From: a virus | Lineage: Duplodnaviria > Caudoviricetes | IMG/VR virus record: IMGVR_UViG_3300033149_001397 | Location: 1 to 54,166 of that record | DNA length: 54,166 nt | Direction: 5' to 3' (one strand) | Part shown: piece by piece, positions 37,144-46,020 of the stretch | Position numbering within the stretch: position 1 is the stretch's first letter | Layout of the letters: each line of letters starts with the position of its first letter | Made by a program: the position numbers and the translations under genes | Notes under the pieces: model-generated | The model's database searches: none | Told to the model about the DNA's origin: nothing | What the model saw: the letters and a program-made list of their open reading frames with translations, nothing else

Positions 37144-37608
37144 TTATTCTGAATTGTTTTCTGTACAATTCATACCACGTATAAACTGGTTGAATGTCTT
37201 TATTAGTGCCTCGTTTGGATTTGCAATTGATCTTTTTTCTTTAATCATCGCAATTGCCGAATTGATATCTTTGCACACACCGCCAAACACAAGGTATGAT
37301 GCCACAACACAAACAGACCTGCTCCTGCCCTCATGGCAATATACAAGAATTGGTTTGTCAGAGTGGGCCAGAATAGAGCGCAGGGAATCTATTGCCACGC
37401 CGACTTTCCACACCGGATTTCCGCCGCCATCAACAAACCCAACATGTATGCTTGCCTCAACATCAAGATCTATTGCGCAGTTCATTGTCAAGAAATCCTG
37501 CTCATTTGCATTAACAATAAAAAACACGCCGTTTTTCTTTCTGACCGGCGCCTTGTCTTTTCCATCACGAGATGAGCCAATCCAAACCCTATCTGTAATT
37601 CTGTCCAT
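37144..37608 (-). CDS. Dual-specificity protein phosphatase (PTP/DSP fold)
   Basis: RITDRVWIGS, ILVYCHEGRSRS (CX5R), AI.MIKEKR..ANPN. Confidence 0.9.
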   Translation of the reverse strand: MDRITDRVWIGSSRDGKDKAPVRKKNGVFFIVNANEQDFLTMNCAIDLDVEASIHVGFVDGGGNPVWKVGVAIDSLRSILAHSDKPILVYCHEGRSRSVCVVASYLVFGGVCKDINSAIAMIKEKRSIANPNEALIKTFNQFIRGMNCTENNSE

Positions 37609-37610
37609 TT

Positions 37611-40025
37611 TTATACCGTCCTTTCTCCAAGCCCGCCGAACTCGGAAGCCAGGTTGTTCAAATTTGGCTTGTTTGAAAATTTCTCCGGAACATCATCAAC
37701 AAATACTGCGACTATGATTGACCTGCAATTTAAATGGTTATGTGGCGTTATGCTGTTCCAGACAGGATCGTCTGCCGCATATATTTTTCCATCAAGGCTG
37801 CTGCAGAAAGCAGTTGTGCGCTCATCCAGTATTGCAGAGTACATTAGCGCCGGGAAGTTTCCGCTTGCGGCTCCTTCCTTAAACGCCTCTCTGCGCGCAA
37901 GGTTGAATGCTCTGGTTACGTTTGTCCGCACTATGGTTTCAAGGCGCGGAGCAGAGGCTATGGCTTTATTGGCAACATCGCCACGCGCAATGTATTTTTC
38001 AAAAACATCCCCAACGCCCTTCATCATTGTCTTTACATCTGCACCATTTGTCACCCCGGACATGATTGCGTTTTTCACATCCCGCAAGATGTCAGTCTTT
38101 ATAACGTCGGTTATCCAGAATGCCTGCGCGTCTATATTGCCGGACAGTTCAAGCGCCATGCGATTTCTCCACGCGCGTATCTTTGCCCACTCCCCGGCCT
38201 CTCGCCATTTGCGAATCTGCGATATCTCTTCTTCTGGAATCCTTCGGTCTTCCATTTTGATTTTCACAAACCTGTCAACATCTTCCGTCTGTGAAAACGT
38301 CTTTGCCGCCAGCGTGCCGCCCACATTGATTTCTTTATATGCGACCTCTGCCTGATCTGTGATAATGGCTTTAAGGCCATCCTTGTATATGTTCTTGAAG
38401 TCGCGCAAGCCAATAAGCTTCAGGCTTTGCAGTTGCTTTGTGTCAACCTTGTCGCCAACAAACACGCGACGCGGCAGATATGCCAGCATGTTGTCCTTCA
38501 TTTTCTGCAACGGCCCCGCAAGCTCCTCCATAATGGCCTCTGCCGCACCTGTCATATCCCTGTCAAGCTTTTCAAAATTGACGCGCTCTTCATACGCATT
38601 TTTCTTGCGCGCAAGTGAAAAAGAATGTTGCGTATCGCGGCTCTTGCTTTCTCCTGTAATCTGCGCCTCTTGTGGCTGATTCTGCGGCTCCTGTTGTACC
38701 AACGGTGTTTTCCCATCAGGGCCAATCTCCGGAGGCGACAACCACGGCGATAGCGGTTTGCCCTCGACGTTTGTTCTCCACTGCTTCCCGGAGATATCAA
38801 CACGCGGCAACCCAAGCTTTTCACGATAGTCGTTAACGTCGCTTGGAGTTATAATACCACCAGCAAACAGTGTCATAACGTCACTTGCGGTCATGTCCTC
38901 AATGCCTTTACCGCGCGGTGAAGACCTGAACTTGGGATATGACTCAACGCCCTGATAATTCAGGTCAACAAGCTGCTTTATCACCTGCTCGAACATGATT
39001 GTATCTTCGATGTCAGAGCGAATCATGCCCACATAGGTTTCTTTTGTTGCGGCGTGAATGTCTCCGAGCGCATAGCTGCCTTTTCCGTCGCCGGTGGTTG
39101 ATGTGAGTGTCTGCCCCTGTATGCCGGTAACAATCTGCTTATCGTGGTATTCAATCGCTTTCAGAAAGCCGAGCGCGCCGCCGGATGCAACCTGCTCAAA
39201 ATCAATCTCGATATCGTTCGGGATAGTGATTGCTGTGTTGCTCATGATGTCTTTCAGGATAGACTGTAGCTGATTCTGCGATGCGCCGTCGCCGGACGCC
39301 GACTGTGAATATGAGCCCGCCGGATACTTTGCGATGCGCGTCGGGAATCCGTATGTTTCAAGATAGATATTCCACCACTTTAGCAAGAAGTCCTTTGACC
39401 AATAATGTTTGTAGACTTTTCGCAACACAGACCGGCCATAGATGTTTCCATCTTCCGGGTTGTGCGAATAGACAATGAATTTATATATCGGTACGGTGGT
39501 TTCCTGGTCTGCGACGTTCTTGATTTCAATCAGGTTGTTATATTCATCAACGATAAGCTCGTAGTCTCCTGGCCACTGCGGCTTGATGCTACTGAGCGCC
39601 CACATGCCATTGTATTTGCCGCCCTCGCACACCTTGAAATTCTTTTCGAGTATCGCGTATCCCCTGTATATCGCGGACATGCAATCCCACAGAAAGCGCT
39701 TTAGCGACCCGTCCATATTCTCAAAAACCCATGCAACGAAATCAGCAATCTCAACGTCCTGCTTGTCTTTGGTTGCCGGGATTATCTGGTAGTTGTTCGG
39801 GATAACTGAATAGCGAATGGCATTAATGGAGTTTTCAACCTGAACCTCGTTCATCATGGTGTCATAAATCTCTATGCCCTTGCGCGATATTAGAGTATCC
39901 GGGTTTTCAAACTCGTCTCCGAGGCTGCTTAATGCGCTTTCTCCAACACCATAACTTTTTAACAAGACACTCTTATTAATCTTCTTGCCGTCTGGACCAT
40001 ATATTTCGTTTGCCATTAACACCAC
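37611..40025 (-). CDS. Portal protein (Mu gp29/DUF935-like) fused to MuF/SPP1 gp7 minor head domain
   Basis: YGRSVLR..Y, W..YLE.YG.P, GQTLTS...GS.ALG..H (portal); RLETIVRTN, YSAILDERTT..C..LDG, PHNHLNCRS (MuF). Confidence 0.9.
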   Translation of the reverse strand: MVLMANEIYGPDGKKINKSVLLKSYGVGESALSSLGDEFENPDTLISRKGIEIYDTMMNEVQVENSINAIRYSVIPNNYQIIPATKDKQDVEIADFVAWVFENMDGSLKRFLWDCMSAIYRGYAILEKNFKVCEGGKYNGMWALSSIKPQWPGDYELIVDEYNNLIEIKNVADQETTVPIYKFIVYSHNPEDGNIYGRSVLRKVYKHYWSKDFLLKWWNIYLETYGFPTRIAKYPAGSYSQSASGDGASQNQLQSILKDIMSNTAITIPNDIEIDFEQVASGGALGFLKAIEYHDKQIVTGIQGQTLTSTTGDGKGSYALGDIHAATKETYVGMIRSDIEDTIMFEQVIKQLVDLNYQGVESYPKFRSSPRGKGIEDMTASDVMTLFAGGIITPSDVNDYREKLGLPRVDISGKQWRTNVEGKPLSPWLSPPEIGPDGKTPLVQQEPQNQPQEAQITGESKSRDTQHSFSLARKKNAYEERVNFEKLDRDMTGAAEAIMEELAGPLQKMKDNMLAYLPRRVFVGDKVDTKQLQSLKLIGLRDFKNIYKDGLKAIITDQAEVAYKEINVGGTLAAKTFSQTEDVDRFVKIKMEDRRIPEEEISQIRKWREAGEWAKIRAWRNRMALELSGNIDAQAFWITDVIKTDILRDVKNAIMSGVTNGADVKTMMKGVGDVFEKYIARGDVANKAIASAPRLETIVRTNVTRAFNLARREAFKEGAASGNFPALMYSAILDERTTAFCSSLDGKIYAADDPVWNSITPHNHLNCRSIIVAVFVDDVPEKFSNKPNLNNLASEFGGLGERTV

Positions 40026-40033
40026 TCCGCGCG

Positions 40034-40537
40034 TTACGCTTTGTTTGCTGCCGCAAGCTCAAGATCAACAAGGCGTTGCTCAAGCCGCTCTGCCATCACC
40101 GTTAATTTTGACACGACGAATCTGAAAGTTATACCACGTATCAAACCTACGCTGTTTCCGGACCCGGCTGCTGACGCCATAAGATCGGCCATCTTGTCGC
40201 CCAGCATCGAAATCGCTACGCGCATATCAGCGATATTGTCGGCCTTCTTTATGTCTTTCGGGATATGGTTTGCTGTAAGCACCCCGGAAATGATTTCGCC
40301 CACAACGCCATTAACCCATTCGATGTCTTTGTTTTTTGTGGCAGTTGCCTTTTCACTCTTTAGCCGCCCAGTCTCTGCTTTCAGCTTTTCTATGTGTTCT
40401 CTGAGCTCAATGGCTGTTGCCTCAGCTTCCGAGGCGTGATCCTCAATCTCTTTGATTCTTGCCTGCGCTGCCAGCAGATCAAGATCAAGCCTGTTGCAGT
40501 TTTCACACTCATGCTTTTCCTGTTTTTTTGTTGCCAT
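40034..40537 (-). CDS. Hypothetical coiled-coil protein
   Basis: AGGAG SD; CxxC then heptad repeats; between TerL and portal. Confidence 0.65.
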   Translation of the reverse strand: MATKKQEKHECENCNRLDLDLLAAQARIKEIEDHASEAEATAIELREHIEKLKAETGRLKSEKATATKNKDIEWVNGVVGEIISGVLTANHIPKDIKKADNIADMRVAISMLGDKMADLMASAAGSGNSVGLIRGITFRFVVSKLTVMAERLEQRLVDLELAAANKA

Positions 40538-40554
40538 GTTTTCAATCTCCCTTT

Positions 40555-42282
40555 TTACCAGTTGCTTGTTTCAGACCCTCTTAACATTTCCTGAACGCTG
40601 ATTGTCTTGGGCTTGAACGCCTCTTCAACTGCCGGGCCGCCCTTGCCTGCCCCCGAACGGTTTCCTGACCCGGCCACCATCTTTATCAGCGAATCAAGGC
40701 TGCGGCCCCCGCGCACTTCTTCACGCGCGAACCACATGGCCATCAACGTGTCGCTTGTTCCGTATGTCGGGAAGAATTTTACTTCACGCTGCCATACACA
40801 CCACGGACACTCACAGTCTGGATTGTCGCGGTGGTCCACATGACCGAGCGCAATAACCCACAGCCCGTTACTAAACTCAATATCCATTCCCTCAACCCCG
40901 GCTGTCGGATCCGCTTTGTTGCGACCTGTCTGAAATGGCTTTGTGTTTATTTTCCCTTCCCCCGCGTCCTGGACCCATGAAACAACACGCTCTTGTACTG
41001 CGTTATTCTCTATTACAAAGACGTCCGGGTTAAACTCACTCTGTACCGCAAGGCATTGCTCGATTGGTTCTCGCCCTTTCCATGCGCCCCGTCTAATGTC
41101 AAGCGGTATCCGTATCCCGGTCGTTCGTTCACAAGCCAGCGTAAATATCGCAAAGCCCGGCCGGCCGCTTCCGCTCGGGTCAACAGCCGAAACCACGCGC
41201 CAGTTCTTTCCGTGCATCTTCATCGCTTCAAATGGCGTTATCGTGTAGTCAACGCACTTGTCAAATGATTTCAGAACTATGTCGTCATCTGAGTACGGTT
41301 TTAGAAATCCACCACGCGCCCACGCGCGTTCTCCTACTGTGCGCCGGCGTTTCTGTAGCTCTGCCTGATTCCATTTGGTGTCCCACAGTGGCAGCAACCA
41401 TTTCTCCCCGTCACATAGGCAAACAATCTTGTCAAGCTTTTCAGCTATAGGCTGCACGAGCACGAGAAATTCAGGATTCTTCATCACATAGCTCATCGTG
41501 CAATCATCCTCATGCCACGGCGTGGCGATATAAAGGACCTGCACATAGTTGAGCTGTCTGTTCGTAACGTCCAGCCTGGATAGCCACGTCTCCCTGACTG
41601 CCCCGGATACCATGTCGCGTTTCTTCGGCTCCTGGATTGAGTTCTTATGGTCACACACATCGTCAAACATCAACTTGTCTGCGCGGCCGCCGATTCCAGA
41701 CGACAACACTCCGAGCGATTCAATGCTTGGATCTTTGCTTGCCCCTTTCCTTTTCACAAACAGCCGGTGTGTTGACCACCCACGTTTATAGTCCGGCTCT
41801 ATGTTTGGGAAGACCATTTTAAACCGCTCGTTCTGTTCGATGTATGTTTTCACAGACTGTATTCTGTTCGCCGCATTCGCGTCATTGTTCGATATGATTT
41901 TCTGCCGCATCTGCGGGTTACGCCCCAGGTCAAACAGCGCGTCACCTATTATTGTCTGCTCTGTTTTCCCGTGGCCCCATGGCGCGATTATGCCGCAGTA
42001 TTTTTTCACCTTGATGCAGTGCTCAACGTGCGCCGACCATGACAGATGAATCTTCCCAGGGATAAGACGGTCGCCATGCTCGTCCTCCATCACAAACGAC
42101 TTGAACACATCACGGTCACGCCGCGCCTCATGAATTATCCGCTCTTCGCGCGATAATAACACAGATGCAACATGCTCTGTTATTACCGGTTTACTTTTTC
42201 CCGCTTCTGCCACCGCGATAAACACCATCTTTCTGTTTGGTAAGGTCCAGCACCATGCCCTGTTCACGCCGCATCTTTTCAA
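40555..42282 (-). CDS. terL: Terminase large subunit
   Basis: Walker A APWGHGKT, GGRAD.LMFDD (Walker B), TPWHEDD, nuclease VDPS and IENNA; true start may be ATG 42228. Confidence 0.92.
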   Translation of the reverse strand: MKRCGVNRAWCWTLPNRKMVFIAVAEAGKSKPVITEHVASVLLSREERIIHEARRDRDVFKSFVMEDEHGDRLIPGKIHLSWSAHVEHCIKVKKYCGIIAPWGHGKTEQTIIGDALFDLGRNPQMRQKIISNNDANAANRIQSVKTYIEQNERFKMVFPNIEPDYKRGWSTHRLFVKRKGASKDPSIESLGVLSSGIGGRADKLMFDDVCDHKNSIQEPKKRDMVSGAVRETWLSRLDVTNRQLNYVQVLYIATPWHEDDCTMSYVMKNPEFLVLVQPIAEKLDKIVCLCDGEKWLLPLWDTKWNQAELQKRRRTVGERAWARGGFLKPYSDDDIVLKSFDKCVDYTITPFEAMKMHGKNWRVVSAVDPSGSGRPGFAIFTLACERTTGIRIPLDIRRGAWKGREPIEQCLAVQSEFNPDVFVIENNAVQERVVSWVQDAGEGKINTKPFQTGRNKADPTAGVEGMDIEFSNGLWVIALGHVDHRDNPDCECPWCVWQREVKFFPTYGTSDTLMAMWFAREEVRGGRSLDSLIKMVAGSGNRSGAGKGGPAVEEAFKPKTISVQEMLRGSETSNW

Positions 42283-42805
42283 CGTCGTCCGGGGACAGGC
42301 TCAAGATGTTGTTGATTATCTGCACGCGGACACTATCGCCACCCTCGCCGTCGGACAGCTTACTTTTCAATTTCTCCAGCCGCTCAAGCGTGTCATTCCG
42401 CAGCCGTATCAAATCTTTGGTAGCAATGTCGGCGTCCAGCTCCCCATCTTCGTTTTCCTTAAATCGGTTTGTAATTACCCGGTTCATCTTTTCAACGTCG
42501 GCCGTCAGCACGTCAATTTGTTTATCAACCAGCGCCAGCGCGAACCGCTCACGCCTGGCAACAACCGCGCTCTGTATGGCGTCCCGCTTTCTAAGCCGCG
42601 TGATATGCCGCGTGTCGCAACCGTGCCGCTCGGCTATCTGGCTATTGGTGTACTTCCCGCTCGCTATCGCGCCCACGATTTTCCACAGCTCCGGGGTCCA
42701 TTGCTTATGCGGCTGACTCGCAGCCCAAAGCAAAGACTTGCCTTTCTCTTCGCGCGCATTATTGTCTATTGCGTTTTGAACATGTGGTTTCAGTTTCTTG
42801 CCCAT
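42191..42805 (-). CDS. Terminase small subunit (putative, HTH-containing)
   Basis: TNSQIAERHGCDTRHITRL HTH; immediately upstream of TerL; start set at ATG 42805. Confidence 0.7.
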   Translation of the reverse strand: MGKKLKPHVQNAIDNNAREEKGKSLLWAASQPHKQWTPELWKIVGAIASGKYTNSQIAERHGCDTRHITRLRKRDAIQSAVVARRERFALALVDKQIDVLTADVEKMNRVITNRFKENEDGELDADIATKDLIRLRNDTLERLEKLKSKLSDGEGGDSVRVQIINNILSLSPDDVEKMRREQGMVLDLTKQKDGVYRGGRSGKK

Positions 42806-42815
42806 CGCTGCTAAT

Positions 42816-42844
42816 AGTGTATACATTTCTGACAGCATTGTCAA
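42816..42844 (-). promoter_or_regulatory. Sigma70-type promoter for packaging/late operon
   Basis: TTGACA-N17-TACACT, 10 nt before TerS ATG, no SD. Confidence 0.7.
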
Positions 42845-42893
42845 CAACCTGTAAAGAAAATATACACACGCACAAAAAAACCCGATAATACTA

Positions 42894-42921
42894 TTGATTT
42901 TTGCACGCCAGCAATTATAAT
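42894..42921 (+). promoter_or_regulatory. Divergent promoter for plus-strand MTase unit
   Basis: TTGATT-N16-TATAAT upstream of SD GAAAGGA and ATG 42963. Confidence 0.5.
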
Positions 42922-42962
42922 CAATATATAACACTACCACTTCGCACAGAAAGGACCTCACA

Positions 42963-43289
42963 ATGAAAGCTCAAAAAACAATGTTCACTGTTTGGAACGA
43001 GCCGGACCTGAAAATCCAAATCGGTAATAACCTCGGACTGGTTGAACTCCGAATTTTTACAATCAGCAATGACCCGGAAAAGCCGGGCCAGCTCACAAAA
43101 AAACCCACCACATACAACATAAATTACGAATCAGCCCTGAAACACCTATACTGCGTGCTGAAGGATGTACCAACCGGCGTGGTAAAAGGCTTCGACGCAC
43201 TCATCGAGCAGGAAAAACTGTGGCAAAAAAAGGTGTCGCAAATAGCACAACGGATTGAGGATGCTGTTTCGGCCGCCAAAAGGGACTGA
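42963..43289 (+). CDS. Hypothetical protein
   Basis: Good SD; first gene of the only plus-strand unit. Confidence 0.7.
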   Translation: MKAQKTMFTVWNEPDLKIQIGNNLGLVELRIFTISNDPEKPGQLTKKPTTYNINYESALKHLYCVLKDVPTGVVKGFDALIEQEKLWQKKVSQIAQRIEDAVSAAKRD

Positions 43290-43291
43290 CA

Positions 43292-44326
43292 ATGTGGCTG
43301 CACATACCGAAAGAGCATTTAACGGAATCAGCCTGTGCGCGGGATACGACGGGATCGGGCTCGGAATTGCCATGGTTGAACCCGGCTATAGAACAGTCTG
43401 TTACGTGGAGAGAGAAGCTTTCGCATCAGCAAACCTGGCGGCAAAGATGGAAAAAAAATGCCTGGCTCCGGCGCCTATCTGGTCTGACGTTAAAACCTTC
43501 GACGGCAAGCCGTGGCGCGGAATCGTTCATATCGTCACTGCGGGAATCCCATGCCAGCCATGGAGCACCGCGGGCAAGCGAACCGGAACATCTGATGAAC
43601 GCTGGATTTGGGACGATATCTACAGAATCATTCAGGAAATCAGACCCGCATTCTGTTTCTTTGAAGAAGTCCGGGGATTTGTTTCCGGCGGTGGACTATC
43701 ACACATTCTCTGCGATTTGTCAGCCGTCGGGTATGATTGTGCGTGGGGCTTATTCAGAGCATCCGACGTGGACGCCCCGCACAAAAGGGAAAGATTGTTT
43801 GTGTTTTGCAGTCTGGCCAACACCGGCGAGCAGAGACTACAGGGACGGGAACAGCGAAAAGCATTGCCTAAAAACCGGCTCAGGCAGAAAACACATGGGC
43901 CAGTTGCCGAACTTCGTTCTTTATGGCCAGCCAGACCCGGACGACGGCAATACGAATGGGAACCCCCGAGGACGGTTGGGGAGAACGCCACGCGCCGGCG
44001 ATGCGGATCACGGCGGCCAGAATGCGAGGGACAGCTCCGGGGCTTTGCACCTATCAGCCCAGGCTGCGAATTGGCCGACACCAAGATGTTGCAACGGAAA
44101 GAGGAGTTCTGGAGCGCCGAGATCGGAATTCTACAAGAAAATGCCCGGGAAACAGGGGAAACTCAATCCACGCTGGGTAGAAACACTCATGGGATTACCA
44201 ATCGGGTGGACGAGCTGCGATTATGCGGTAATGGCGTCATACCTCTCGTGGCAGCAGTCGCATGGCAGGTTCTTAAAAACCGCCTTGAAAAACATGACCA
44301 CTAATCAGGTCCACACGGGCGGCTAA
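43292..44326 (+). CDS. Overlapping alternate-frame MTase (beta) chain carrying TRD-like repeats and motif IX
   Basis: WPTP repeats and LNPRWVETLMGLPIGWT (motif IX-like), which the alpha frame lacks. Confidence 0.75.
   Translation: MWLHIPKEHLTESACARDTTGSGSELPWLNPAIEQSVTWREKLSHQQTWRQRWKKNAWLRRLSGLTLKPSTASRGAESFISSLRESHASHGAPRASEPEHLMNAGFGTISTESFRKSDPHSVSLKKSGDLFPAVDYHTFSAICQPSGMIVRGAYSEHPTWTPRTKGKDCLCFAVWPTPASRDYRDGNSEKHCLKTGSGRKHMGQLPNFVLYGQPDPDDGNTNGNPRGRLGRTPRAGDADHGGQNARDSSGALHLSAQAANWPTPRCCNGKRSSGAPRSEFYKKMPGKQGKLNPRWVETLMGLPIGWTSCDYAVMASYLSWQQSHGRFLKTALKNMTTNQVHTGG
43294..44304 (+). CDS. C5 cytosine DNA methyltransferase, catalytic (alpha) chain
   Basis: Motif I SLCAGYDG, IV AGIPCQPWS, VI FEEV, VIII PHKRERLF, X LCGNGV; likely GTG start at 43294. 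Confidence 0.88.
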   Translation: MAAHTERAFNGISLCAGYDGIGLGIAMVEPGYRTVCYVEREAFASANLAAKMEKKCLAPAPIWSDVKTFDGKPWRGIVHIVTAGIPCQPWSTAGKRTGTSDERWIWDDIYRIIQEIRPAFCFFEEVRGFVSGGGLSHILCDLSAVGYDCAWGLFRASDVDAPHKRERLFVFCSLANTGEQRLQGREQRKALPKNRLRQKTHGPVAELRSLWPARPGRRQYEWEPPRTVGENATRRRCGSRRPECEGQLRGFAPISPGCELADTKMLQRKEEFWSAEIGILQENARETGETQSTLGRNTHGITNRVDELRLCGNGVIPLVAAVAWQVLKNRLEKHDH

Positions 44327-45276
44327 ACACCCAAAGCCATATCAACCCACCACAACCACCACAAAAACCTTATCATCGCTTTACTGTGCATTATAACGGC
44401 ATACACAGGAATGACCGGACACCCAAGTTTTAAAAATACTACGCAATTTGTTGAAGGACCTCCCCCAGCCGCCCACCATGGGTACCCGGATTTTTTCCGG
44501 CCATGTTGCGTTAGGCCCCGGCTGCGGCCGCCAGCAACCAGCCAACACTCCGCCGATAACACCAGATAACCACACAACAAAAGCTGCTCACACCAGATTA
44601 GCTCACCAAACCTCGCAATATCTCACCAATACTCACTCAGACGCATTTTGTATTAAAAGTTAATTGGATACAAAACGAGCGTAGGCAAGCATACAGCAGC
44701 ATTAGCGAGCTATCCAGCCCTAATCAACCGTAACCGCCGCTACCCAGTGTTGCAATTATGCTGCCTTATCGTGCGATATCCGACAACGCCACACACAGCA
44801 GACAACATCAACCGCTATGCGACAATATCGACACCAAACGCAACGCGGTTACGATTCAATTGCCAGGATTGTGTTTTGAGGTCAATTGCCTGTTTGGGTG
44901 TGCCGGGTCTTCCCTAGTGTTCCGCTTGTCTTTCCCCTGATTTGGTCGTTGCCCATGAAAGGCTTTACAATCTACTGATACTGAATTACATAAATACTGT
45001 TAGGCTTTTGGGTTAGTACTCTAGCGTGACATTATATGTGTGCGTGCAGGGTGGTGTTGTGGGGGTGGGTTTGTGTGTGTGTGGCTGGTATGCTATGTGG
45101 TGGTTAGTCCCCTGGGTGTGGCGGCTGGCCCGGCGATGGTGTGGTGGTGTCCTTGACACCTTCCACGCTCTCGCATGTGTGGCGGCATTTATGGTCAATT
45201 CATTTTATGCCATGGTCAACTCAGTTTACCTACGCGTGCGTGCGCGTGTGTGTGCGCGGTGTTATGTTTGTCTGTA

Positions 45277-45720
45277 TCAGCCCAAAATGATTGACATGTG
45301 TGTAAGTTCCCAGCCTTCATCAGCGAGCTTATTCTGCATGCTGTCTTCTCGCAGTGAGTTTGCAATAATTTCTCCGCGACTGGTTATTAAAGACCACGAG
45401 AAAAACCGACCAGCTTCTGCGGTTGCAAGCATTGCAATCTGTGGTGGTGTGGTGGAGTCTTTAATCCAGACTTGACCTGGCTTGATATGCGGCAATGGGC
45501 TGATGGCCGCTGCCAATCGTTCCGGATTTGGCCAAAAGCGGTCGCAATACGAGTTTACGCACCTGAACTCAACTGATGTTTTGGTGGTATCGCCCCACGT
45601 GTCATAAGATGCTTTCCCGCTTCTCCTCAATGACGATATGGTGCCTGTTGTCACCCGGGTCTCTTTCACTGTTATTCTGCCCCCACAATGTGGGCACTTT
45701 GGGTCTGTAATCTCTTTCAT
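45277..45720 (-). CDS. Zn-ribbon hypothetical protein
   Basis: CPHCGG...CVNSYC; GAGGG SD. Confidence 0.6.
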   Translation of the reverse strand: MKEITDPKCPHCGGRITVKETRVTTGTISSLRRSGKASYDTWGDTTKTSVEFRCVNSYCDRFWPNPERLAAAISPLPHIKPGQVWIKDSTTPPQIAMLATAEAGRFFSWSLITSRGEIIANSLREDSMQNKLADEGWELTHMSIILG

Positions 45721-45795
45721 TGTTTGCCCTCGCCTTCTTCGCGTGCGTGCGCGGTGTTATGTGTTCTTATTCTGCACACAAATAAATACACACCC

Positions 45796-46017
45796 TTAGA
45801 ACGGATGTGGCAGGTTGTCGCAGTCGCTGCCGTCAAGGTTGGAGCATCGCGGGCACTCGTTATACCACTTGCCGTTCCGCTTGCCCACGCTCCACCCCTT
45901 TGCGCGCATTGCCCGTGCAGTGTACGTTATTGTTGTCGAGCGGTATAGCTCGGTTTTGCCGCACGTGTCGCACTTTGCGATATGGTTCCTGTTGTAGTTT
46001 GTGCGTTCAATTGTCAT
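45796..46017 (-). CDS. Small Zn-binding hypothetical protein
   Basis: CDTC...GW...CPRC. Confidence 0.65.
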   Translation of the reverse strand: MTIERTNYNRNHIAKCDTCGKTELYRSTTITYTARAMRAKGWSVGKRNGKWYNECPRCSNLDGSDCDNLPHPF

Positions 46018-46020
46018 TGC

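Noticed and set aside
22800-40025. Transposable Mu-like phage
   Set aside because: Only morphogenesis genes are Mu-like; no MuA/MuB, ner, mor or host-DNA ends were seen
42185-42210. GGGAAAAAG at the TerS end as a TerS-TerL fusing frameshift
   Set aside because: TerL is in the +1 frame relative to TerS, so a -1 slip would not join them; an ordinary overlap explains it
269-42716. Many long plus-strand ORFs (e.g. 269-1051, 2162-2818, 19608-20228, 34533-35201, 36929-37717, 37654-38355)
   Set aside because: Antisense shadows of well-supported minus-strand genes; Ser/Phe-rich with no recognisable motifs
44323-45475. Short ORFs 44323-44580, 44381-44575, 44448-44663, 44758-44940, 45013-45198, 45026-45475
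   Set aside because: Low-complexity translations explained by strand skew; no clear SD or motifs
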